A stretch of 52,634 nucleotides of DNA, counting the filler, from Porpidia crustulata (Eukaryota), in assembly GCA_964255105.1 (NCBI GenBank). It is 2 parts of 2 records of this genome, joined end to end, with 100 filler letters (N's around TTAATTAATTAA, not from the genome) between each part and the next. Parts side by side here need not be neighbours in the genome. Positions count along the whole stretch, not along the records: positions 1 to 26,389 come from CAXUWE010000037.1; 1 more part is not named here. The stretch is one strand, 5' to 3'. Position numbers and translations under genes: made by a program. Below are positions 1 to 11,030 of the stretch, piece after piece (the first letter of the stretch is position 1; each line of letters begins with the position of its first letter). The notes below the pieces were generated by a model. That model ran no database searches, had not been told where the DNA came from, and worked only from the letters and a program-made list of their open reading frames with translations.

Positions 1-1485
1 TACTCAGGAGCTGGGGGTTTCTTTTCTATACTTTGTCTTCTCCAATCACCCTCCGTGTGATCGCCAATACCAAACATATCCATTTTCACTATTGGCATGT
101 CTGCGCTTCTCCTCGGAAAACGCGATCCGGTACCATCGGCTTCGCGAATGTATATATCTGTTGTCATGCGAATATCGCTCAAACCCCAGCCATTCTGGTT
201 CCAAGTCTGTTCCGTTCTTGCGGCATCAATCATGGCCTGCTTTTTCGCCATGTGGAAAGATGATGTCCTTCTAGGTCGCGCAGGTGGTTTATCACATGCG
301 GCGAACCAGCCTCTGACGCTACAAGGATTTCGCCGTAATCGGGTGTACCAAGGAGGGGATGAATCAGGAAAGTGTGACGAAGGAAGAGCGAGGCTCGTAA
401 GAGGTTCTTCACCAGAGAGGCCTCGGAGGTGGCGTATGAAAGGTTTCATGTGTGGAGTGCAGGCAGCAATAATACCGATGTTAACTTCGGCTATTCTCCA
501 AAGGTAATTAGGGACGGCGACCCCTACAAAAATGTGAGTTCCCAAAATCTGGTTCAGTATCAAAGCCTCCTAGTTTTGACATACAGGTAATATCCTGATC
601 CTTAAGCTGCCACGAAAGCGAAGTCCTAGCAATACAAGTAGCCGCAGTGCTGGTTCCCAGAACGTTATTAGCTACCATGTTAGATAGTTGCCCGAAGCTG
701 GTAATACTCACATTACTCCTAGCCCCATGAGACAGCAAAGTGAGACTTTGGTTCGAGCGCTGATCTGCACATGCCAGACGATGACCACTGGCAAGGCGGC
801 AAGGATGAAATCGGTGATTATTGAGAAAACTACAAACGCTAATGAGTGGATTATCGCGATTATTTAATGTAGGAATACTTGCCCCCTTGAGATATAATGA
901 TATCCACCACTCTATTTCTCGTATAACAATCCCCGGAAGCATTTGTATCCCAATACTTATGCGCAGGTCTGCATTGGACTAAAATCAGAACGATAAAGGG
1001 CACATGTGTGATGACCAGGAATCCAATTAGCCCATAAAGGGCAGTCCGTAGTCCAGTCTTCTTAAATGTGGATAGTCGGAGGAGGAATAGGCAGATGGAG
1101 ACTTTGCTCAGTGGAAGTATTATAAAGAGCTGAGCCCAGTGAAGGTAGTCCATCCTGAGGTATGATCTGAACCCTTCCGAAGACACGTAGAACCTATGGT
1201 GCCCGAAACCGTGGTAAGTTTCTGTCACCGTGAATCCAACTCCCGTAGCATTAATTGCCTGTGAGAACGTCAGTACTACTCCGGCACCATTTAAGCATTC
1301 TTCCCTACCTGAGTCAAGACCATTGTAGCATCATCCCATCCGAAATTCCGGGTTATGTACAGACGAGTTGTCATCCTCAGAAAGACTATTATGGTCGACA
1401 AACCAAAGAACAGCGACAAAACCGCAATAACCACTGGACCGCGGTTCTGGTCTCCTCCTGGAAAAGGCATGTCCACCCCCTCCAT
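1..1485 (-). CDS. PTH11-like / fungal rhodopsin-domain integral membrane protein without CFEM; 5 exons (1485-1309, 1258-883, 829-712, 649-585, 523-<1); stop codon probably straddles the window edge
   Basis: Spliced translation gives family-typical motifs: LRMTTRLYITRNFGWDDATM, HGFGHH, LSKVSICLFLLRL, QCRPAHKYWD, FSIITDFILAALPVVIVWHVQISARTKVSLCCLMGLG, WRIAEVNIGIIAACTPHMKP. Introns are 50-62 nt with AG acceptors; one has a GC donor. Confidence 0.9.
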
Positions 1486-3899
1486 CGTTTTTATTTTGAA
1501 AGAGGAGTATCTGCTTAGAAGTGGATTGCGGCAGCGTGCCCCAAGTTAAAGACAAGGTGGGGAAGACAGCATGAGTAAGAGGATTAACGACTAGGTGGGT
1601 GTTTCAGGTTGGCCATTTGACAGAAGCAGTGTTCTGCAAGCACGGCAGGTATAGGTGTTTGGCGCACATGGAGCGGGGAACACCCAGAAGACGATCTCCC
1701 TGGAGCAGTCTCATCTGGCGGTACCTGGGAGGATTGCTGGACTCCGACTGCGACTACAAGCATGGGCCTGCCATGGTCTGCCATGGTTTGCATGTAGTGT
1801 GAGTGCAAGTTTATGGGCAGGCCGAATGACAGCGCAAGGGTTGATCCGACAGACAGATCAGAATATAGTGTGGTGGTAAGAGTAACGAGAATGCCGGGCT
1901 CAAGGTGGAGGAGCAAGGCTGATATTCCGCAGGTGGGATGTGCTCTAGCCTGAGAGTGACAAATGGCGTACAATGGCCAGACGCGCTTATGGCTTCCCGT
2001 CCCGCTCTAGCGGCTTGCGAGCAAATCAGGTCTTACAAAATCCAATTGACTGTTAGTGACCTCTCTTGTAGCCTCTTACGCCTCTGGACGATCTGCTCAT
2101 AGCACCCGGTTACGCTAATAAGACAGTCTACGAGAAACGCAAGTGCGGAACAGGATCTCGGAGTTTCCAGAATAGGCGGAAGAGACAGCTACACCGATTC
2201 TTCCAGCATGGATGAGACCGCACAAGACACGGGCGAGCAACAATGCAAGAAGTACGGAGCAAGTGGACCGTTGTTACATGATTCACGAACCTTATCAGAT
2301 TACCCAAACGATGGCGCTGTAGGGAAAAAGCTGCGAGGTTGACACGGTAAATGAAGAAGCAGTCTGGTGCTAGCCTACAGCGCATTACTGGCCGTGTGAG
2401 ATGTGCGGCAACGGGTACCAATTTTAGAGGCACGTGGTAAGTTCCTGAATATGGCTGGCGTCGCATTCAGAGATCGTGCCACAGCAAGTCTTTTGACAAT
2501 CGCGAACTTGGGCATTGGTAGTGAGAGCTCTCACTATCACAACGTAGCGCCGACAGACGGCACCAAGGGATTTGGGCGACCTCGACAACTGGACTCGCCT
2601 CATAACGCTTTCTCCGGCTTGATCTGGGTTAACACACAACTTACACATGATTTGGCAGTCATCCTAGTTTTGCACCCACACGGGGCGGCCGAGCAATTAG
2701 TTGTGTGGATCTGCGCACGTAAGCGAGGCAGGATATCTAAAAGGCCCCCATAAACTATGCAGTGGCCCCGCGATTCGGATCCACCAAGATGCACGCCAGG
2801 TCATGCTTGGCTAAGGCTTGTCGTCGGATTCATCCAAGGGTGATTTGCAGGTCAGGTTACGACGTCTCGTCAAAAAGGACAATCTCGATCGCCATTCGTA
2901 CCTCAATGCCCTAATGCGCGGGACTGTTTCATAGTCTTCCTTGGTTCTTCTGTCTGCCTTTTGCTATTTTTGTATGCTCATCCAAATTTTCATCAAGTGT
3001 CCGAGAAATGTAGAGTACGATAGATTCGAGAAATCGACTTAATTCATCTCCAGCGCTTCAAGCTACAGATCTTGTTACCTTACTTACTTTGCTGTTACGT
3101 TTACCGTTCATGGTACTTTGTGATATATACACTTGGGATCTGAGTCGATGATGTCACGTTGTGAAGAAGTTTCCTTTTGCTCAATGTATCATTATTATAG
3201 ACTGAGAATTTAACTGCGTAATAGACTTCTTACTGCAAATAACTAGGATCAACAAACTATACCGAAGAAGACTGCTTCTGGTATTAAATACTTCAGTCCA
3301 TCACAAATTAATGATTTGTCTTTCTATTCTGACTTTTCAACATAGACTGTCTCTTGATATTCTTCAGTTTCAATGTCGAAGAATTGTCTCCGAACTCGTT
3401 CACAGAACCGTTAAAGCAGACCTCACCATATACTCGAAGACTCAGTCTTCTTAAGGATTCGATTGACGCATAAACAGCGTTCTTTCGTTCCGTAATCTTA
3501 TCGAAATAACAGATGACACATTTCCTTTTCGTCTGACTTTCAATCTTCTATCGTTCCACATCTCGGCCGATTGGTATGGGATGCGTGTAGGGAATTTTGG
3601 GTTGGTTGACGAAGTTGAAGCAGTCCTTTTAACGCCGACGACGCTTTCCTCCTTATTATCCCACAAACTCCTTATACCACACGAATGAAATCTTTTGAAA
3701 GGTAAGTCTAAGCCCGATCGAGACAAACATATGCATCTCTGCCAGAATGCTATTTGCGACAGGCGCTCCATGTCAACCGTCAATTGATGCGATCTGACGT
3801 AAACCTTACAGTCACCGCATGGAGAAACCAGCACCTTCTGAGACACTAGCAGCTACGACTCCTACAGTTGAAATCGGCTTCGAAGCGCAGAAGTTGGAT

Positions 3900-5135
3900 C
3901 GATATGGTCATATTTGGTATTTGGATAACTTCTTCGTGTTTTGATTTAGTGTAATCGACACTGCTCGGTCCTTATTTGAAAACTCACCAGTTATATACAT
4001 GGCAAATACACCATTTAGGATCTCTTTTCATCCAATCTTGCTCACGACCTGCCTGTACCTTCAATCCAGCGATGGAACTTCAGTGCTCTTAGTGACATCT
4101 TAGCCGTACTCCTATTAAGTTGTCATATCACCTATAATCATCCATGCATCCCGCTTCTTATCATCGAAAATTTTCTCACCGCGATAGCGAACGACATCAT
4201 CTTCTTATCATAAAGATTGGTGTTTTTCTCGTGTAGTTCTCAGAGTCTCATGTTATGCGATACTATATCATATCAGACAATGACCCAGTGTCGAGCAAAG
4301 GTGGACGACGAAGTGCACCATTCCGAGCAATTCTCATACCGAGTCCTTTCATCCACAACCCAAACCCTTCCTATCATATATATCGCTACCGAATCTTTCC
4401 CACCTCGCAGACTAATCCACGAATAACGTTGACGATGAGGCCGCGGCAGATAGTACCGACATGAACTAATTCGATGCAAGCTTGATCCTACCAAGCTATT
4501 CGGACAAAAAGGTCAAGGGATTTCCAGATTAATAAATTTCGCAATTGCTATGAAGCGACAGGCCTACAAAGCAGCAAACCCGCTTTTGCATTCTTAACCA
4601 AGAATCTGGAATTTATCAAGGTGGAAGTCGAGTTTAGAGGTTCTTCTCATCTTCCTGGGAGCTTTTCTGCAGCAGTACATTCTTTCCGTACTGGCCGGGC
4701 TTGTTGTCCGTCGCGATGATAGTCGATATCCGTTAATTGTTACATCAGTCCTCGAATCCCATCTTTGGCTGTTCCAAGACAATCCGTCTCGGAACTTTGA
4801 GTTAAGCATTTAAAAATCCAAGCACATCCACAGACTGGTAGTTGCCATATGATGTTACTATACCACCCGGCGATCGCGATCTTCAGTTTATGATTCTGAT
4901 CGATGATATATGTTATTGTTTGCATCTGAGAAACAACGCCGTCGATGTTAGAATTCTCAGATGGATCCTGCTTCAGAAATGTGCGTCGTTGCATAACGAA
5001 TCCGCGTTGCACGAGACTCGGATCAGTCGTAGAAATGATGAGTTCGATAATAAACACATCCATAGTGAAGCAGTAGAATTGACAATTGTCGCTATGTTCT
5101 GGACTCACGCGAAGAACTAAGTTTTCGATTGTCAT
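3900..5135 (-). pseudogene. Degenerate gene remnant of unknown function
   Basis: ATG at 5135 in a CAACATG context opens a 131-codon frame. Downstream frames read protein-like with interspersed stops (e.g. EDDVVRYRGEKIFDDKKRDAWMIIGDMTT**EYG*DVTK near 4200-4090). Confidence 0.35.
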
Positions 5136-5659
5136 GTTGATTGACGTGGTTTGTTTTTAATGCGAGAAATCAATCGACGAATGAAAAAGTATAATGACGA
5201 TGTAGTACATTACGAGCCCCCGGACATGCTTTAGGGCACGGTTTAAGGGTGATGAAAGGGATGCTATTCTAAGTGCGAAGCTATGAAGCTATCCATGCCC
5301 AGGAATATGTCTGAGCAAGCAAGCGCATGTGCCCAGAAGTAGGCCCGATGGACAGGCAAGTTCATCCATCCAGAAGTAGATCCGAGCATCCACAGCCATG
5401 GAGCGTAATAGACAAAGACGTACAGGTGAGAACCAACGATGAAATCATGCTTGAGAAAGATATATAAGAAGTGTACGATAGATCAGATGCTTAGCTAAAG
5501 ATAACATCGCGATAAATCATGCTGCCGCGATCTGTTGAAAGCAACTTACTGCTATTTGTTATTAAGAACCACTCACGTCAACAACGTGTTTTGCTCATCG
5601 AGAAATACTCATTGCGGAATTACCAGAATACAGAAAATAATTATAACGTACATCATGCT

Positions 5660-7992
5660 CTAGCTTTTCGAGTCATCTTGTTCTGGACTTTCCAGTCCCG
5701 GAAAAGGTTCCCCAGAAGTTAAAACTTGGGACAGTCACTGTAGATAACCAGATGGTTCTAATAGTGAGATCTGGATCGGTGTAAAACTGACTGGCAAGGT
5801 CCGAAAAAAGTTCGATCGGCTTGGAATATAGATAATTATGTATCGTGTGAGATAATCTGTTCTAGAAGTCCTTCAGCAACGTCAACTTCTTCTAAGCATT
5901 AATAACCGCTTCGATGAAATATCCAACCCGATGTCTTTTATTAGCCATCGTCTCATCCGTAGCCAAATCATACATCTTGGGCAATGCAACATCTAATTGC
6001 GTCGTCTATTCTATCTTACTTCAGTGATAATGACTGATAATAAATCTTGAAAGAGGAGGAAATACTACTCACACCAATCAGGCATTCAAGCAAGTTGTTT
6101 TGGTATAGCTATGAGGGGATCCAGAATTCTATTGATTTAACTAACTAGAAGGTGAAGTCTAAGTGGAAGGCAGGTGGTTAAGTAATGTTTTGGCCTAGCT
6201 TCTTTGAGTCATTGCATTAACAGTTCGTCATCATCGTCCACCCCGTTGCTTCCCTTTCTCCCTCTCAAGAAGTATCTAGGATCAAGGCTAGCTAAGTCAG
6301 TCAAGTTCTCTGGAAAGACTTCAAGTGCCTCATTTTGCTCGTTGTAGAGGGCGTAAAGCTTGGCTTTAACAGGCGTGATGTGAGGGTTGACTACTCTGGC
6401 AGCTTGGTTTCTGCTTTTAAATTATCACAGCAGATTCGAGTGCATTGTAAGAATCACAAGACGCTCAGGCGTCAAAACAGAGTACCATTCCGTAGCGCTG
6501 ATCAATTCCTTGCAATGGCACGTGTGATTCATTGTTGAACGCATCGAACCCCAGCTAGATAAACGAAGAGAAAGCATCCGAACAATAAGATCTTTAAATC
6601 TGATTGTTAAGTCGGCTCTGGTTTTTTTCAAGGCCTTGGAGTCTTTAAACTCGTCATGAAAGTTTTTCATCTTGATGTCTTGTGATAGAATATAGTGTTC
6701 GACTCGAAATTCAACATCTCTGAAGCATCTCAATCAGATTGTGTCGATGTCGAGAATATTGTTCTCTCGGTATATCGGAAACACTTCTATACGAATAGCA
6801 GGATTGATGTCCGTACATCCTCGTCTGCTTGAAAGTTTTCGCAAGAACGGGACTTCATATTATTTGTTCACGTTTGAGATAGGTTATATGATTGAAGAGT
6901 ATCTAAGAAAGAAGAGTAAGAACATTCGCGAGAACGCCGCCATTTTCTTGCGACTTATTCGTGCAACTTTACCTCGCTTGACGAAAGCAACAGCGATATA
7001 GACAGCATAGAACTAAAGGTTCTCGAATATAGAGTTAGATCTTTACATATAGCAGCTGCGTATTTCCGGATAATTTGGTTTTGTGTCGGCCCTGCGGACT
7101 GCTGAGATGAGTTGATAGATACAAGACGAGAAATAACATAATCGCTGGGTTTGATGAGTAAAGGACAGAAGCCGAGATTCTTTTGGCAATGTATGAGCAG
7201 GGCCGCACGCTCCATAGAGCAGACTTCGTCTACTATTTCCTTGACTCGAGAAAGATGTATGAGGGCATGGATCATCCGCTCGGCCAACAGTATCGAGTAG
7301 TTGGTGGGATCCAACTCCACGGGATAGAGGGCGAAAGAATGGGACTGAAGAGAATCCTTCCCTTTCCAAGCTCATCCAAAACCGTTGCTTTCGGCAACGT
7401 TGTTTGTTCCGAAGACCCAACCCTCTTGCAAAGAAGCACTTCCCCCTCGCTCAATCAGCTGTCTCAGCGGCAACCATTCCGCCAGCCCAAGCGCCCCGTG
7501 GAGTTGGACCCCGCCAATTACTCGATACTGTTGGCCGAGCGGGCCCTCCACAATCGATGGCCGGCCTAATGGAATGCGGTCGGCAATTACGTACCCCTTT
7601 GCGGTAAAGTCATGGTAGTATAATTGTCCCCTTTCTTTGCCCGTAAGGCCACTATGCCACATGTGGCCTACCCAACAATCCGTCAATCTGAAGCCTATTG
7701 ACGGAGATGTTTTCTCAAAGGATTGTATCGACAAAACATCAAGTTTCAATGACGGTTTATCGTCAAAGATCGCTGAAATCGCCTGCTTTGGAAGGCTCTT
7801 GAGGAGATAAAGTCGCGCAGTATCAGACAATTTGAAATGCTTTGCTCCTGTGGTGATTGTACGAGATTTGGATCTAGTCGTACGGGACTTGGACCTGATT
7901 AGGGGTCCTGAATCTGACGCATTGCTTTCTGACAATTCCGAGGCGTAGTCAGCGATTTTCGCAGCGAAATCGATTTCTGTGAGGTCGTTCAA
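5660..7992 (-). pseudogene. Degenerate gene remnant; ORFs 7372-7992 and 6955-7320 form one frame interrupted by a single TGA, with further fragments down to ~5660
   Basis: The two ORFs are in the same frame (about 345 codons, one stop at 7372-7374: ...NGFG*AWKGKDSLQSHSFALYPVELDP...). Additional protein-like fragments occur at 6425-6733 and ~5700-6000. Confidence 0.5.
7276..7542. repeat. 48-bp inverted repeat (arms 7276-7323 and 7495-7542, 45/48 identical, 171-bp spacer)
   Basis: ccgctcggccaacagtatcgagtaGttggTgggAtccaactccacggg versus the reverse complement of arm 2, ccgctcggccaacagtatcgagtaAttggCgggGtccaactccacggg. All three differences are transitions. Confidence 0.95.
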
Positions 7993-8424
7993 TCTCTGTT
8001 CGGTTACTTAACGTACTCGGCCATCGATCTTCGTATTTTTGTCGCCGTTCCCTTGGCGATATTTGTTTCCTTGACCGAGTGTAGATTCCCCCAGATCGTC
8101 TATCAGATCTAGCGCTCCTTGTGCTATACATGCTACAGCGGGAAGCAGTCTTGGTGTGTATGGTAGAACTCATGCTCCTCATGAGAGTCTTCACGAGTAG
8201 TATATCACGGGAGCCTTTTCTCACGGTAACGAAAATTTTGATTGTGCAAGAGTAAATGAGTTGTTTGAAGAAGTGACGAGTCCGCTTTGAACGTGGAAGA
8301 TTGAAGCAAGAGCCACCCGCTTTTGCATCTCCTCGTCGATATTCTTTCATCGATAGGTGTTTGGCTTGAAATCTCGACAGTCATCTCGAACTTGATATAC
8401 TATTTGATTCAAGGATCATTGACA

Positions 8425-11030
8425 TCAACAGTGGAAGTGTTGGCCCTTTACGCTAGCCGAAGTAGTCTTCAAGAAACATAGTAAAATTTCCACCGACTTG
8501 GCCGGATCATTGAACTGCGCACACGCCGCCGTTCTCTCTTCCCGCGTGTGGACTGGTTGGATTTTCATCACTTTGAAACCAATATCGATCAGGAAGTTAA
8601 TGATTGAGATTGTTAATGAAATGTCCAATAAACTTTCAGTTTAAAGACGTCAACGCTGTCGTTTAGCCCATGCTACAAGCATAATATTGTTCGTCAAGAA
8701 CAACGAGCGACATAATTATAAGAATTTTATTGTTTCAAATGAGAATAGGACGATGTTATGCACGAAGTAGAAAGCGAAGTGACAGAAGTGTAGAAAATTA
8801 TTTCTAATGATGGGAGTCGAGTCTTGTCCGCAACACACGTCTAGGTAGCATTGATTCGCCAGGCTGAATATCAAGCTAATCAACGAACGCCGAAGGGCTT
8901 GCGTGTAGCCACGCTAGATCGTATTGGCTATCCATTGTCGTTACATCTTCTTACTAGGATGGACGGTGAAGCTTCGCAGTGCTTTTACGTCTCTTTTGTA
9001 AATGTCGAAATGGAGCCACAGCTCTATGCCGTCTCGATAGAATGCTCGTGTCCTACAGGTGGCAATGTGATAAAGATAAGCGTCCACGACTCTTGTGCAT
9101 CTCACCTACATGTAACGGGAGAGGTTCCCTTGAAATTTTGCTCTTGGTATTGAACACCAAACAACTTCTTATTGATGCTGTATTATCTCTTGTCTTGTAG
9201 GCAACCAATCCTGGCCAATTTTGAAAAGGATCCTAGGAGGTGACCCAGTTCCCATAAGCGTCCATTACCGGAGCAGAGGGTCCAGCGTGATATACCGGCT
9301 CCAACGTGGAGGCCGCCTCAGCATAGTAGGCCAGCACTTGCGGGGGGGCTGTTGCTGGAAATTGGATCCCCACTGCTGTGGTAGGATCAGGTAATCGATA
9401 TCATGAACTGAATGATTCTGCGCAAGGAGATTGTAATTCTATATAACTTATAATGCTCAGAAAAGCTTCATAAGAGAAATCTAACCACAAACGAGACAGA
9501 TCATTTCATCCAGAATCCAATATTTCCGCGACACTCTTCCTAAATCAAGCGTCAACGCAAAGTATTGCAAAGCAAGAAGCAGCATTCTGCTTCTTTCCAC
9601 AGTCTATGACGAGCTTCTCCACTAGAGTTGCGATATCGTGCGATTGATATCTTGAAAAGAACGTGTTTGTATTATTGTCGAAATCGCTTCCACGAGTTAG
9701 AGAAAACAATAGAGTAGACCTTACTTAATGTGAACGTGACTCGGCAGCAAAGTCGGCGGATTGCAACTAAAAGCTTTGAATATAGTAGATTTTTGTTTAG
9801 TGCTCCAGATATATGGTTTGTGAAAATGCTTCCTGTTTTCGATATCTTATTAGTAAAGAACTTATGATACTTGTGAAGGATGGAATCGCCGGGATTATGT
9901 CTTTCAGAAGCGTAGGTATTCCTCGGAACAAAATTTATAAGCATATAATATTTCTATATCGTATCCATTAAATTGCTCTGCCATAGACCTCTTCATTGTG
10001 CTTGTATTTCTGCCGAATAATCTCGTGTCACTAATCATTTCGTTAAGATCGCGAACTGTCCCGTCATCGATTTTGCATCTGTAATCACTGCTTCAAATTC
10101 CATATTCGGTCCACGGTATAAACTATGCCTCTGCCAAGTCCTTGGTGGTGTGCATCTCTTTTCCAGGTACTAAGAGCCCTTATTTCGAAGATTTGCAGGT
10201 GACCGTCATGTAACTGTTGTTTCCAGTTGCGATAAGCTGTAGTCCGACTATAAAACCAATCTAGAGTGCTTCTAAAAGCTCACCGGTCGAATGGTCCCTC
10301 CCCCGTGTCCTCGTCCTGCCCAACCCCTGTGAGCTTCCCCGCGAATCCCCGGTGAATCTTACGGTTTACAGGCGCCTGATGCTTACTCATGGTCAACTCA
10401 ACCGTGGTGACCTGATAGAGCGGGATTTCTGCGCCAATCTTGCACTTGTCTCGCCTCACCATGATGGAGTCCGACATGGTCCTTCGAAGCTGAATGAGCC
10501 GCAGAATCGGCGGAATTATCATCTGACAGCGTGATTGTCCATGTGCTTTTCCCCTGCAGGATTGACAAATTTGCGGAAAGTTTTGAAGTTTAGAGCATGA
10601 ATGACGCCCTCAAAGTTGCCCGCAACATTCTTTGATCCAGGATCGCGGTGACGCTTTGGTAGTCGCCCAAGTCCATGTATGGATGTAAGTCCCCCCATTC
10701 TTCCTGTTTCCAGAGTAAAGTCAGAAGTCCATCCAAATCCAATGGTCTATTCATCATGGGTGTGGCCGTCATGAGGATTAGGGTTAGGGTTAAATGTAGG
10801 GATTTTGTTTATCCAGAAGGCAGTTAATGTGATGGTTTCAATAGTTAACAGCAGGGGCGTAGATCCACTCGATTCGAGTTCCAGTCCTATCCATTTGTTG
10901 ACATGTTTTCCGAAAAGGACCATCAGATTACTCGAGGCTGACGATCTTCCACCAGGAGGAACAAAGCTATCTGATTGATGGATATGGAAAGTCCTAGACC
11001 AAAGCGTCCTTAACCCACAGGCTTTCTCGG
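8425..11030 (-). pseudogene. SNF2-family (SF2) helicase/ATPase pseudogene, fragmented
   Basis: Motif III-like LILMTATPMMNRPLDLDGLLTLLW (~10790-10710), SNF2 LRR block IIPPILRLIQLRRTMSD...IPLYQVTTVELTM (10522-10280), and HelicC-like FLIDIGFKVMKIQPVHTREERTAACAQFNDPAKSVEILL (8628-8425). Frames are broken by stops and frameshifts; no intact Walker A or DExx motif was found. Confidence 0.7.

Noticed and set aside
1584..2794. Several 60-130 aa ORFs upstream of the rhodopsin-domain gene
   Set aside because: They overlap on both strands with no recognisable motifs or coherent splicing; likely promoter/intergenic DNA.
10778..10791. TTAGGGTTAGGGTT telomere-like repeat
   Set aside because: Only two units, and it is the antisense of codons (LTLTLILM) directly before the SNF2 motif III-like sequence; not an interstitial telomere.
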